Below, piece after piece: positions 1 through 27,598 of a stretch of 64,000 nucleotides of DNA. Position 1 is the stretch's first letter. Each line of letters opens with the position of its first letter. Source of the DNA: the human T2T-CHM13v2.0 reference genome, Homo sapiens; assembly GCF_009914755.1 (NCBI RefSeq), contig NC_060937.1; one strand, given 5' to 3'. A program made the position numbers and the translations under genes. Below the pieces are notes generated by a model that worked only from the letters and a program-made list of their open reading frames with translations, was not told the origin of the DNA and did no database searches.

Positions 1-168
1 GGCCAAAGATCTTTTTGAAAGAAAACTGAATTTTTTAAAAATTTTGAGTCCCTATAAAATAGATGGTAGTATTTTCAGTGTCCATTATGAAAATGCATAT
101 GGAATTTGTGGGGCCCCTGCAGTAACCTTGGGTTCCTCCAAGGGTCTTGGCCCAGGGATTGGAAACTA

Positions 169-573
<405 letters not shown>

Positions 574-699
574 CTACGAACTATTCAGTGCCAGTCCCTG
601 TTGGAAGCAACTTCTTTTTCATCTATTCTTTGCCTTCAACTTTCCCCCTATTTGGCTCTTTGTGCATGTTTTTTATCTGACTACAGTTAACACACCCAG

Positions 700-885
700 G
701 TAGCAATATGGAAATGAAGACCTAGGTTCTACTCAATCCTGGCCACAGCTTTATTAGCTCTCTGGCCTTGAGTTAATTAAAGTCCTCAGTTGCAAAATGG
801 AAACAATACCCTCCCTACAGAATGTTAAATGAGGCGACGTGTGCAAAAACATACTTTGTAAAATGTAAGTGCTGTAGAAATATCT
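700..885. mobile_element. MIR-type SINE fragment
   Basis: degenerate MIR core (CCTCAGTTGCAAAATGGAAACAATACC...GTAAAATGTAAGTGCTGTAGAAAT). Confidence 0.6.
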
Positions 886-1644
886 TTGAATTCATCTGGC
901 CATGGCACTCACCAGCTTAAAATTCTTCATTGGCTCCCCAGTGTCCTCAAGATTAAGGCCCCTGACCACGTGGTCCTTAGAGCCCTCCAGCCATAAGAAT
1001 CCAGTTCCCTATCCTCCTCACCCATGCACTTGCCCCTCAATCCTACATTCTAAAGTCTGGCCATATAGGCACTTCTCAAGTAGCTGGGCTTTTATTGCCA
1101 TTTAGGCCTTTTATTAGCAAACTGTTAGAACAGTAACATCCACACAGCCAAAAGCCCTCACTACACTCCCTTAGGTGGATGATGCCAATCTCTATGAGGA
1201 GCTGGGCAGCAGGAACCATTTTTTACCCACATCATGGTTTTCATCATCTTGGCAATTGTGTGTGCACTATATAGTGGCAATAAATAACAAATGCTTTGGA
1301 ATCAACTACAATTTGATAAATGTTTGTTTAATTACATTAAACTACAGGAATGATGCAGATAATATGGACCTGCGTCTTGTCAAGAATGAGTCTCACAGGT
1401 TTTTCTGGATGGTTGGTGCTTGCAGAATGAAAGGGCTTAGTCAGACCTTTTAGGGGTAACATTTGGTGGTTGGCGAAAGGAGGAGGTTGTATCTGACTGA
1501 GACATCTGGTCACCTCCTCTCCTTGGCAAAATGCAGAAGCAATGAGCCATTGCTACTCCTAAGAAGAACACCTGGATAGGCCAGTGTTCCTAGCTGGTGT
1601 ACTGGGAATGAGCCCATAAAATTCTTTATCATTATATTTTATTG

Positions 1645-1825
1645 CAGCGGTTCTCAATCTGAATCAGATTTTGCCCTCCAGGAGAAATTCACAATGTCTG
1701 GAGTTTTTCGGTTGCCTCAACTAGATGCTTGCTACTGGCAAGTTGGTAGGGACCTAGGTTGCTGCTAAACGTTCAACAATGCCCAGGAAGGTGGCAATAG
1801 TACTGAAGTTTTAGAAATCCTGTTT
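1645..1825. mobile_element. MER20-like hAT-Charlie DNA transposon relic
   Basis: CAGCGGTTCTCAA...TTTTGCCCTCCAGGAG...ACAATGTCTGGAG...TGCTACTGGCA...TGCTGCTAAAC...AGAAATCCTG resembles the MER20 consensus. Confidence 0.7.
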
Positions 1826-2009
1826 TATAGGAATGTTGCTTTGGGCATTTGTTTTTCTTGGTTACAGGTGCTTTGTTGAGAATGCATCTTTTGTGTAAGT
1901 CACTGAATGGCTGTATAAAATACTCACAGCTCCCCAAACACAGGGATACTCCCTTTTACCTCTGCAACTTGGCACACACTGCATTGCACCTGCTGAGTTA
2001 TTTCTCTTG

Positions 2010-2290
2010 CTAAGCCCTTCTCATCCATCAGGCCTCAGTTTGGACACCATGTCCTCCAGGAAGTCTCTCCTAATCACTAAAAACTGGGTGAAATGGGTGC
2101 CTGCCCTCTTTGTGCATCCATGCTGCTATGAGAACAGTTACCGCACTTCAAAAGAATGAGCAGTTTTCTCGACAGTCTTCCCATGAAACAGTAAGCTCGT
2201 TGGGGTAGGGACCCAGTCTTGCTCACTACTGTATTCTTAGTGCTCAGCATAGCACCTGGCACTGTGGGTCCCCAATAAATATAAGCACAT
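2010..2290. mobile_element. L2 LINE 3' fragment
   Basis: CCTCCAGGAAG...CAGTCTTGCTCACTACTGTATTCTTAGTGCTCAGCATAGCACCTGGCAC...AATAAAT is typical of an L2 3' end. Confidence 0.7.
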
Positions 2291-2570
2291 TTGGAGAGTC
2301 TCTATAATTTGAGAGTTGGCAGGAAGACAGAGGTCAGGATGGAGGCTTTGTCAAATTGTCTGTCCCTTCCCATTGATATTACCACAGTTGTAAGTCCTGC
2401 TAAAAAGTACTTCTGCTTCCTTAGATGTGTTCCACTAGACACAATAGTAAGAACAACAGTGCAGGGAAACTCATGTGAAGTCTGGTGAGCTGTACTTAGA
2501 AATCTGGTTTATTTAATTTTACGTTACTCTCTGCATTTACTTATTTTGGTATCTTTTTAATTTTTATGCC

Positions 2571-2650
2571 CAAGGGTTAGCAAATTATGGTCCATGGACC
2601 AATTTATCCAGTAGCCTGTCTCGGTATAGCCCCAGAATTAAGAATAGTTT
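2571..2650. mobile_element. MER58-type hAT element, left part
   Basis: CAAGGGTTAGCAAATTATGGTCCATGGACC...GCCTGT...AAGAATAGTTT resembles a MER58 terminus; imperfect inverted repeat with 7311-7324. Confidence 0.7.
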
Positions 2651-7187
<4,537 letters not shown>

Positions 7188-7188
7188 C

Positions 7189-7324
7189 AGTTTTTATATT
7201 TTTTAAGTGGCTACATTTTAAATCGTTATGTAAGTATCTACATAATCTCAATTTTTCCTCCCGGGCCCTAAAGAGTAAAATCTTCACAATGTAGTTCTTT
7301 ACAAAAAATGTTTGCTGATCCCTA
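7189..7324. mobile_element. MER58-type hAT element, right part
   Basis: TTTTTATATTTTTTAAGTGGCTACATTTTAAA...TTTACAAAAAATGTTTGCTGATCCCTA resembles a MER58C-like end. Confidence 0.7.
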
Positions 7325-7943
7325 CGTGAACCTTTAGCAAAATTTGCATTTAAATATTGCAGTCTGGTCTCAGCTGTGCCTTATCGTTTCCTGAGCCTGT
7401 TGGGGTTCATTTGGTAAAAGGGGAAATGGCACAGCCTATAACAGCCATTTGTAGCAGAAGCAACTGTCATGAGACCTTCAGGAAGACCTCCTGACAGCCT
7501 TAGCGGACACTCTTGTAACAAGATTCTCTTAATACAATCAGTACAATGTATACACTTTATCAAATTCTCTTACACCTTCAATTTAAAGTCACAAGTATAA
7601 AATCAATTGCACATTTTAAATTGAAATTGCAAGGTAATCTGTGAGGTTCCCTACGAGGATAATTTCTTTCTTTACTATTAAACTTCGCATGAATAGCAGA
7701 CACACACAGATTGTCTTACACTTAATGGTTAGTACTAAAAATATTAGTACTATGGGTTTGATTTAGCTCGTCGTTTCTATATTTAACTCTAAACCTTCCA
7801 GAGTTACATGATCATATAACAACAGATTTACCAGCTCAGATGAGCTTGGTAATTGGATGATGAAAAAAAATCAGGACATTAATGAGATCATTTATCTTGA
7901 AGAGATCTGAGACTGGGACCCAGGACTAGGGAGCTATACTAGG

Positions 7944-8539
7944 CTGGGTCCCAAAACTGATATCCCAAAACACGGTGCTTTGACATGCTGAACTGAAGAA
8001 GAGGCCACATCTCTCTGACTTTCCTCCCATCTTCCTGTCTCTCAATCCTCTGTCTCTCCCGAAGCATAGGATAAAGTTGTTCTCTGAAGGTCCTTTGTCT
8101 GCCTAAAGTCTGGATCCACCAAAAAAGAAAACAATTACCTCTGGTCCTTTCCTTAAGTTTTCATTAACTGAACTCATTGCAAGAAGAAAGACTGAACTTG
8201 GTCCATACACCTGGATAGACTTTTGTCACAAACCACTGTTTGCTCATTGGGCCCAACAGAGTTTGTCCCAGGCCATTGTATATTTCAATTCCATTGACTT
8301 CCCCTGAAAATCATTTACTACCTTCCTAAATCATCCACGTTTCCCCATCTCCCTTTCACTCAAGAAGAGGATATATAATCATCTGTACCCTACTGCATGG
8401 TGAGGAAATCACTCTGTGATTTTCCCCCATGCACATTAATAAATTTGCCTGGCATTTCTCCTATTAATCTGCCGTTTGTGAATTTATTTTCAGCGTGGCT
8501 TCAGACAGCAAAAGGGAAGTTTTCCCTTGGCCCCCTACA
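7944..8539 (+). mobile_element. ERV1 solo LTR (MER39-like)
   Basis: GATATCCCAAAACACGGTGCTTTGACATGCTGAACTGAAGAAG start, TAATAAA poly-A signal, ends GGGAAGTTTTCCCTTGGCCCCCTACA. Confidence 0.7.
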
Positions 8540-8540
8540 A

Positions 8541-11640
<3,100 letters not shown>

Positions 11641-11808
11641 TATTAATGAAAGAAATATGCCTTAATGTTTCTCCTTGGCCACTGTCACTGGCTAGCCCTT
11701 CTCATTCTCTCTATGAATCTCTAAATATTAGGATGCCTCAGGGCTCTATCATGAGTCCTTTCCCTTCTCAAAGCATATACTCTACCCAATGGTCCCACCT
11801 AGTTCTAG

Positions 11809-15122
<3,314 letters not shown>

Positions 15123-15662
15123 TCATCTTGAGGCCTTATGCTGCTGAAAAATTCCTCTCCCAATGAGTGAATCGAAGGAGAGCTTCTGTTTTTATGTCAG
15201 ACACAGCCACCTGTGACCTTGACAGTGACTCGGTTTGGTCATCATTTGTTTGTTTTTGTGTAATTTTAACTGCTATCTAAATAGCCATAAAATGGTTAAA
15301 CAATAAACCCTCAGTGAACACACAGGGTCTCAATGCAAATTCTGCAGCTGAGGGATGGCAGACCATGGAAGAGCAAGGAGTTTCTGAGAATTGGGAGAGT
15401 TTCCCTGAGATATTTGGTCAGGAAGATACTTTTTCCTTATGCAAAGTCAAGAAAGGTGTTTAGGTCCATAAACCTATAGCACCTGGGGCCAGTCTGGCAG
15501 GCAGCGTTGACAGAGTCTTTTCAATACAGGAGACAAGATCATCCCCAACACTCATGCACACTTGTTCAAAAATGTATCTTTTGAAACCAGGTAAAGGTGA
15601 TGGTTGCACAACACTGTAAACACACTAAATGTCACCATGTTGTACACTTTAAAACCCATAAA

Positions 15663-15994
15663 TGGGTTGGGCACAGTGGCTCACGCCTATAATTCTAACA
15701 CTTTGGGCGGCCATGGTGAGCAGATCGCTTGAGCTCAGGAATTGGAGACAAGCCTGGGCAACACAGCAAAACCCCATCTCGACAAAAAATACAAAAATTA
15801 GCTGGGCATGGTGGCACGTGCCTGTAGTCCCAGCTACTCTGGACGCTGAGGTAGGAGGATCGCTTGAGCCCAGGAGGTCAATGCTGCAGTGAGCTGTGAT
15901 GGCACCACTGCACTCCAGCCTGACTGACAGAAGAAGAGCCTGTCTCAACAAAACAAAACAGTTAAATGTTATGCAAATTTCACCTCTCTCTCTC

Positions 15995-16050
<56 letters not shown>

Positions 16051-16361
16051 CAAATACATATATATATATATTTTTTTTTTGGAGACAGTCTCACTGTGTC
16101 ATTCAAGCTGGAGTGCAATGGCACGATCTCGGCTCACTGAAATCTCTGCCTCCCAGGTTCAAGTGATTCTCCTACCTCAGCCTCTAGAGTAGCTGGGTTT
16201 ACAGGCATGCGCCACCACACCAGGCTAATTTTTTGTATTTTTAGTAGAGACGGGTTTTACCATGTTGGACAGTCTGGTCTCGAACTTCTGACCTCAAGCA
16301 ATCTGCCAGCCTCGGCCTCCAAAAGTGCTGAGATTACAAGCATGAGCCACCACGCCCCGCC
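15663..16361. mobile_element. Tail-to-tail inverted Alu pair (+ ~15663-15960; - ~16071-16361)
   Basis: two oppositely oriented Alus ~110 bp apart. Confidence 0.92.
15999..16042. repeat. pure (TA)n microsatellite, ~22 units
   Basis: uninterrupted TATA run. Confidence 0.95.
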
Positions 16362-16590
16362 TATCAATATTTTTTATTAAAAAAAAATATATATATATAC
16401 ATATATATATATAAACACACCCACCAAAGCAATACAAATGTGACCTTTTTGGTTATTATTTGTTCTGGTTTTCTGGCACCTTGCATAGTCAAGACAGAAA
16501 GGTTTTAGGGATTTAATTTCAAGAAAATGAAGATAGAAAGATGAATGATTGTATAAATAGTGAAATAGCTGCAATTTTTTTTTAAATGGG

Positions 16591-17322
16591 CTTTGCAGAT
16601 GCTGCTGCCACCAGGAGCCTTGTACTATCAGCCACAGTCAACCCCAAGGGGTTCTGCAACATTGCCATCGACGGCGAGCCCTTGGGCTGAGTCTCCTTCA
16701 AGCTGTTTGCAGACAAGTTTCCAAAGAGAGGAGAAAACTTTTGCGCTCTGAGCACCAGGGAGAAAGAATTTGGTTATAAGGGTCCCTGCTTTCACGGCAT
16801 TATTCCAGGGTTTGTGTGTCAGGGTGGTGACTTCACACGCCATAATCACACAGGTGGAAGTCCATCTACGAGGAGAAATTTGATGATGACAACTTCATTC
16901 TAAAGCATACAGGTCCTGGCATCTTGTCCATGGCAAATGCTGGACCCAACACAAACGGTTCCCAGTTTTTCATCTGCGCTGCCAAGACTGAGTGGTTGGA
17001 TGGCACGCATGTGGTCTTTGGCAAGGAGAAAGAAGGCCTGATTATTGTGAAGGCCGTGGAGCGCTTTGGGTCCAGGAATGGCAAGACCAGCAAGGAGATC
17101 ACAATTGCCGACTGTGTTTTATCTTAACCACCAGACCATTCCTTCTATAGCTCAGGAGAGTGCCCCTCCGCACCATTTGCTCACAGTATCCTAGAATCTT
17201 TGTGCTCTCGCTCAGTTCCCTTTGGGTTCCATGTTTTCCCTGTTCCCTTCCATGCCTAGCTGGATTGCAGAGTTAAGTTTATGATTATGAAATAAAAACT
17301 AACAACCAAAAAAAAAAAAAAA
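16591..17322 (+). pseudogene. PPIA (cyclophilin A) processed pseudogene
   Basis: Intronless copy with 5'UTR, CDS ([29 protein letters not shown]), 3'UTR, AATAAA at ~17291 and a poly-A tail. ATG changed to ACA at 16634, TGA at codon 19 (16688), 1-nt frameshift near 16857, native stop region deleted. Confidence 0.97.
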
Positions 17323-18029
17323 GGCTAGTTTGATACAGCTTAGCAGATGGCTTAGAGCCAGGGTCCAGGACTAGCCATTGTTTCATTACCTCCTCCAAAG
17401 CCCTGGGGAACCCACCTCACCCACAGTCCCCTCTGAGTGTGATCAACAGTGGTTACACATGATCCATCACCCAGTCACACAGATAGGCCAAGGGAGACAT
17501 GGATAGAGGTCTGAGGTGGCCTTGAGAACTCTGCCCTGTAGTGGCCCCTCTGCTGGATGGTGAAGGCTGTCCCACAGGAACTCTTGGGACATTTGACATA
17601 AGGCACGAGTGAAAATCCGCTGATACAGACAAAAGCAGTAGAGTCAGAGGCAAAATATCTGAGTCCCTGTCATGGTGGAGACCCAGAGCAGGAATCCATA
17701 GTTGCCCAGTTCTGAAGAGTCACTTGCCAGGTATTGTGACGGTGCCACCAGAGTTGCTATCAGAGCAATGGGGCTACAAGTACATCCCAGACTACGTCCT
17801 ATATGGCCTAACCACATGGCCGGAGACAACTTCCTGTGTCCTTTATTTCCCTATGTAGCCTTATAATTGGCCTTCATTCATGGAAATAACCTGAGGATGT
17901 GCCTGCTCCTTGAAACCCTGAAAAATCTAATTTACATCTAAATGCCACAAAAGGAAGCCACTGAAAGGATTCTGGTCACATCTTCCTTCCTTAATGAAGG
18001 ATTGGTGGGGACTCTCCAGAAGCCATTGG

Positions 18030-18850
18030 TAGAGCAGCTTATTTCTAATCCTCCTCTGTTGTGCCACCCTCCACTATGGAAGCTGAAAATGTTAAATACT
18101 TCTTTCCCGGCTGGGCGCGGTGGCTCACACCTGTAATCCCAGCACTTTGGGAGGCCGAGGCGGGAGGATCACGAGGTCAGGAGATGGAGACCATCCTGGA
18201 CAACATGGTGAAACCCCATCTCTACTAAAAATACAAAAATTAGCTGGGCGTGGTGGCATGTGCCTGTAATCCCAGTTACTCGGGAGGCTGAGGCAGGAGA
18301 ATCACTTGAACTAGGGAGTCAGAGGTTGCGGTGAGCCAAGATCGCACCACTGCACTCCAGCCTGGCAACAGAGTGAGACTCCATCTCAAAAACAAAACAA
18401 AACAAAACAAAACAAAACAAAACAAAAAAACTTCTTTCCCAGCCTTTCTTGCAGCTAAGCATGGCCAAGTGACAAGTTCTGTCCAACGAGACAAACATGA
18501 AACTCTTGGGCAGCATAAGGAGGAGTGTTTGAGAAAGGCTTTACTTCTGTACAAAGAGAACAGGCCCAGGAGCAGTGGTCACTGGCACTGCCCCTTCCCC
18601 ATTCTCGTGCCTTGAATACAAACATGGTACGTGCAGCTGTGGCCACAGTCTCACTCTCACAAAGTGACAAGCATGTTAACAAAAGGCCCACATGCTAAGA
18701 AAGGCAGGACCGAAAGAGAGAAAGAGTCAGGGTCTTATTGACATTGTCAGGCAGCTAAACCAACTTTCTACCCCCAGGCTTCTTGTTTCTTGAGAAAAAG
18801 ACCACTTTAACTTGGTATCACTGCTTATGGTTTTCCTAACTGATAACACT
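18030..18850. mobile_element. Old MaLR (MLT1-type) LTR split by an Alu (+ ~18109-18430)
   Basis: TTTCCCAGCCTTTCTTGCAGCTAAGCATGGCCAAGTGAC MLT1-like motif; Alu TSD ACTTCTTTCCC on both sides. Confidence 0.55.
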
Positions 18851-18886
18851 GCATATGTAAAACTAATCACAAAATGTGCATCATAG

Positions 18887-19595
<709 letters not shown>

Positions 19596-19874
19596 CACAA
19601 GTTTTAAAACCACTTTGGGTTTTAAGGTGAGTCCTGTGAGGGCCTCTGCATATGCCAGTGTCCAGGCTCTGCAGACATGCCGGAAAGAGAATGCTTTCTG
19701 TTTGACTGTGCCTCCTCTTACACAGACACTACTCATGTGCATTGTTGTGGATGGCTGCATGCAGTAAGAGTATAAAGACCTCACTCAAATACACAATTAA
19801 GCACACTTTATATTGCTCATGTGAAAGGGAGCTACTATAGAATCAAGGCAGCCCTGCATGAAATTGTTAGGGGA

Positions 19875-20390
19875 TGATTTGCGACAATACGGACGGACCT
19901 AAAGGACATTATGCTAGGTGAAATGAGTCAGTCACAGAAGCTTACATGAGGACTTTAAAATAATCAAACTTAGAGAAGCAGAAAATACAATGGAGGTTGC
20001 CAGAGGATGGAGGAAATGGGGAGTTTTTCAATGGGTATGAAGCTACAGTTATATAAGATGATTAAGATCTAGACATCTGCTGTATAACATAGTGCCTATT
20101 GTTAACAATATACCATGTTGTACACTTAAAAATGTGTTAAGAGGGTAGATTTCATGTTAAGTGTTCTTCCTCGCATACACACACACAAAAAGGCAGACAA
20201 AGGGGCACAACGAAACTTTTGGAGATGATGAACTTATTTGTTACCTTGATTGTGGCAATGATATCATAGGTATATGTGCATTATAACCAAAGTCATCAAA
20301 TTTTATACATTTAAATATGTGCAATTTTTTGTATATCATTTATACTTCAATAAAGCTATCAAAAAATTAAAGCATTGTAAGTTAAAGAAA
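19875..20390 (+). mobile_element. L1MA/L1MB 3' end
   Basis: GGACATTATGCTAGGTGAAATGAGTCAGTCACAG...TTGTACACTTAAAAATGTGTTAAGAGGGTAGATTTCATGTTAAGTGTTCTT...CAATAAAGCT. Confidence 0.85.
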
Positions 20391-20401
20391 AAGAAAAGAA
20401 A

Positions 20402-20763
20402 AGGCTGGGCATGGTGACTCACACTGTAAAACTGTAATCCTAGCACCTTGGGGGTTCAAGGCGGGTGGATTGTTTGAGCCCAGGAGTCGGAGACCAGCCT
20501 GGGCAACATGGTGAAACCCTGTCTCTACAAAAAAAAAAAAAAAAACATACAAAAATTAGCTGGGCATGGTGGCACACACCCTGTGGTCTCAGCTACTCAG
20601 GAGACTGAGGTAGGAGGATCACTTGAGGCCAGGAGGTTGAGGCTACAGTGAGCTGAGATCACACCACTGTACTCCCCCTGAAAAAAAAAAAAGGAAGAAA
20701 GACAGGAAGGAAGGAAGGACGGAAGAAGGAAAGAAGGAAGGAAGGAAGGAAGGATGGAAGGAA
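20402..20763 (+). mobile_element. AluJ-like element followed by an imperfect (GGAA)n tract (20693-20763)
   Basis: Alu body, then GAAGGAAGGAAG repeats. Confidence 0.88.
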
Positions 20764-21548
20764 CCCTGTACAGAATCTAATATGGACAACATACATCATG
20801 TAAAAAAAATTAGGGGATGGTTGTTAGAGAAATACATAGCCACACATATATTAAATGTCTTCCCAAAATGCTCAATGTATTTATGACCTAAAGAGCTGAT
20901 ACTTAGCTAACCCACATAACAGGAGCTCTAAATAGAACAGACACTCAGCCAGTGCCGGTTAACTAACAAATTCCTCTGCAGAACGGCAGCTCAAGAAGCA
21001 GATGCATTTCACCCTCGTGCTTATGTTGGCACTGATAACAATGTCCTGCTGGGTTTCTCTCCTCATCATGTCCTTCCCCACAGGTCAAGGCCAGTTCTCA
21101 GTTAATGGTTTGAGTCACAAGGACATGCAGTCCTCTTAGAGTGGACAAATGCCAAACTTGCTCTATCAACACCACAGAAGGATTTTTCAATGGCTAGAGG
21201 TCTCTATATGACCAGGAACTCCTAGCCTTAATATAGACTTTCCAATAGCCTAGGAAAAATTCTACAACCAGAGATGCAAGTACTCACATTACCACCATCA
21301 CCCTTTCACCTACTTACCTAAAAAGGGATAACTAGACCTTGGCTGGGGCTTATTGATATAGGCCACAGAGTACCCTCTGTACCTTGACAGTCTATTTCCC
21401 AGATGTAATGCAATGTCCACATAAATAAACAGAATAACTCTGTCCCCAAATATGTTTCCTTTAATCAAAGTTCACTGAAAAACAAAAACTAAGGATGATT
21501 TAACAAAATAGTTTGTATGTGTTCATTGTCCTCTTTCCATTTATACTA

Positions 21549-23512
<1,964 letters not shown>

Positions 23513-23519
23513 AAGATGA

Positions 23520-24090
23520 CACTTGAGTTGACCAAGTCTTGAAGCATTAATGTAGGTTTCCCAGTGCAAAAGCTAAATTACAATAGTGGGAATGGGGAGA
23601 ATAGATTCAAGAGAGCTTAAGGAGGTAAAATCCATGGAATTTGACTGATCTGCTAGGAAGGTGGAGGAGAGGTAATTGAGGCAAACATCTGGGTTCCTGG
23701 CTTGTGGCAAAAGGTGTCTGGTTGTATGTCTCACAGAGCACAGACTGAGGGAACAGGGGCTGTTTAGAAGTCAAGGTGATGGTTCTGTTTGAGACATGTT
23801 GGTCTAAGGTGTCCAAGAGTATTTATGTGTAAGAGTATAGGAGTCAATGTGCTATGTGCTGGGTCTGAGCTCAAGAAATATGTATGAGCTAGAAACAAAT
23901 GTAGAGTCATTGAAGCTACACCAGCAGTAGCTAAATCTATGGCTCTGGATGACGGCTCCCAGGGGCAGTGAGATGAGCATTAGGTAGGGAGCCATATTAG
24001 GAGGTGCCAACATGGGGGCATGAGCCAGACAGCTGGGAGAGCAGGGCCTCCAAAGCCCAGGAGGGAGTGGTCAACACATCACAAGCCAAA
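23520..24090. mobile_element. L2 fragment
   Basis: purine-rich degenerate L2-like text (GGGTTCCTGGCTTG..., GTTCTGTTTGAGACATGTTG). Confidence 0.55.
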
Positions 24091-24095
24091 AGGAC

Positions 24096-25421
<1,326 letters not shown>

Positions 25422-25754
25422 AGGACAAATAGGATAACCTTTGAAATGAAGGATACCGCCTTTTCTTCTGAGAAAGAAGTGAAGGGGAAAGGGGGATAAA
25501 GAGACGATTTGGAGAGGAAGAAAAAGGCAAATGATAGCATCAGAGACACATTGAAGAGGAGATTACTGAGGATCGTTCCTGGCACACAGTTGGTCAGGGA
25601 CTGAGCAATAACACGTTTCCACAAAAGACAAGAAAGCACGGTAGAGATGAGGGCCAGCTCTGTCACCAACAAGCCAGGTGATCCTGGTAAGCCTGGGTGA
25701 CGTCTACGCTTCCTTCTTCCTTTAAGATGTGGGACTCCCTTCCCACTCATGCTG

Positions 25755-26477
25755 AATACCTGATAGGTTCTTCCTGCCTGCTGTACAAACAAAATCAACT
25801 CATGGAGACCATAGCACTGTAGTAAAGAAATCATTTAATTGACCTGAGGCCAGCCACACCACGTGGGAAACAGATTATCACTCAAATCAATCTTGTCCAA
25901 GGCCTGTAGGTTAGGAGTTTTTCAAAGGTAGTTTGGGGGAAGAAGTGGGTGCTTACTGCTGATTGGTTGGGGGGGTGCCATCGTAGGGGTGTGGGAAATG
26001 GTCCTCCTGCGTGCGGATTCGCTTTGGGTGGGGCCACAGGTATGGTTGGTGGGTCCAGGTGGAAACATCATCGGTGTTAGACATGCAAAAAACCTGAAAA
26101 GCATCTCAAAAAGCCAGTCTTAGGTTCTACAGTAGTGATGTTATCTGCAGGAGGCATTGGGGAAGTTGCATATCTTGTGACTTCCAGAATGATGGGTAGC
26201 AATGGTTTATGTCTACACCTTAGCAGAATTCAGGCTCCTCTCCTCTGGCAGAATTCAGGCTCCTCTCCTCTGCCTAGCCTGGTGGTCTCTCAGTAGCTTT
26301 ACATAGGCAGTTGAGTTTTGGGGAAGGTCTATTACAAAGTATCTCCCACAGTTAGCTTGGCCCAGTAAAAACTAAGGCAGCTTAAAGGCTATAGGCAAGA
26401 GGGGGGTTGGCTAGATTAGATCTACCTCACTGCTATAATTCTCTCACTGTTATAATTTTTGCAAAGGGGATTTCACT
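25755..26477 (-). mobile_element. ERV1 solo LTR, LTR8 family (LTR8B-like)
   Basis: reverse strand begins TGAAATCCCCTTTGCAAAAATTATAACAGTGAGAG; GCCCCACCC and CCAATCAGCA motifs. Confidence 0.7.
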
Positions 26478-26559
26478 GGCCCTCTCTCCACCAGCCTTCT
26501 CAAAGCCAAGGTAAGTCCTACTGAGCCCCAGGGAACCGAATCTTAACAGGTGCAGTGGT

Positions 26560-27598
26560 GGTTGGAGAACCAGTAGGTTCTCCTTACCTGCTGCCTAGAT
26601 AGAGATGATTTATTGAGACAGGGGAATTACAATGAAGAACGAGTTTAATTCATGCAGAGCCGGCTGTATGGGACACCTGAGTTTTATTATTACTCACATC
26701 ATGCTCCCCGAAAACTCCGGGGTTGGGTTTTTAAGGATAACTTGGCAGGTAGGGGACGAGGGAGTGGGGAGTCCTGATTGGTCGGGTGGGAGATGAAATC
26801 ACAGGGAGGGAGTCAAAGCTGTCCTCTTGCACTGAGTCAGTTCCTGGGTGGGGGCCACAAGACCAGATGAGCCCGATTACGGGTATGGGTGATGTCAGCT
26901 GATGCATTGGAATGCAAAATATCTCAAGCACTGATCTTAGGTTTTACAACAGTGATGTTATTCCTAGAAGCAATTTGGGGAGGTCCAGAATCTTGGAGCC
27001 TCAGGATGCATGACTCCTAAACCATAATTGTTTTTTTGTTTGTTTGTCTTTTGAGACAGAGTCTTGCTTCTCGCCCAGGCTGGAGTGCAGTGGCGCGATC
27101 TCGGCTTACTGAAACCTTCACCTCTTGGGTTCAAGCGATTCTCCTGCCTCAGCCTCCCTAGAGGCTGAGATTACTGGTGCCCATCACCACACCTGGCTAA
27201 TTTTTGTATTTTTAGTAGAGACGGGGTTTCAGCATGTTGGCCAGGCTGGTCTCGAACTCTTGACTCAGGTGATCCACCTGCCTCGGCCTCCCAAAGTGCT
27301 GGGATGACAGGTGTGAGCCACCACACCCGGCCCTAAACCATAATTTCTAATCCTGTAGCTAATTTGTTAGTCCTACAAAAGTAGACTGGTCCGTAGGCAA
27401 GAAGGGAGTCTCTTTTGGGAAAGGGCTGTTATCATCTTTGCTTCAAAGTTAAAATATAAACTAAGTTCCTCCCAAAGTTAGTTTGACCAGTAATGAACAA
27501 GGATAGCTTGGAGGTTAGAAGCAAGATGGAGTCGGTTCGGTCAGATCTCTTTCACTGTCATAATTTCCTCAGTTACAATTTTTGCAAAGGCAGTTCAG
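26560..27598 (-). mobile_element. ERV1 solo LTR, LTR8/LTR8A-like, split by an Alu (~27030-27332, -)
   Basis: reverse strand begins TGAACTGCCTTTGCAAAAATTGTAACTGAGG; Alu TSD CTAAACCATAATT. Confidence 0.75.

Noticed and set aside
16924-17127. 67-aa cyclophilin-like ORF as a functional gene
   Set aside because: C-terminal remnant of a pseudogene with lost ATG, early stop and frameshift; lacks most of the PPIase fold
20693-20763. GGAA tract as an EWS-FLI1-type microsatellite enhancer
   Set aside because: Short and interrupted, with few consecutive GGAA units
25755-27598. Two LTR8-family LTRs as a collapsed provirus
   Set aside because: The LTRs are clearly different from each other and no PBS or internal sequence is evident between them
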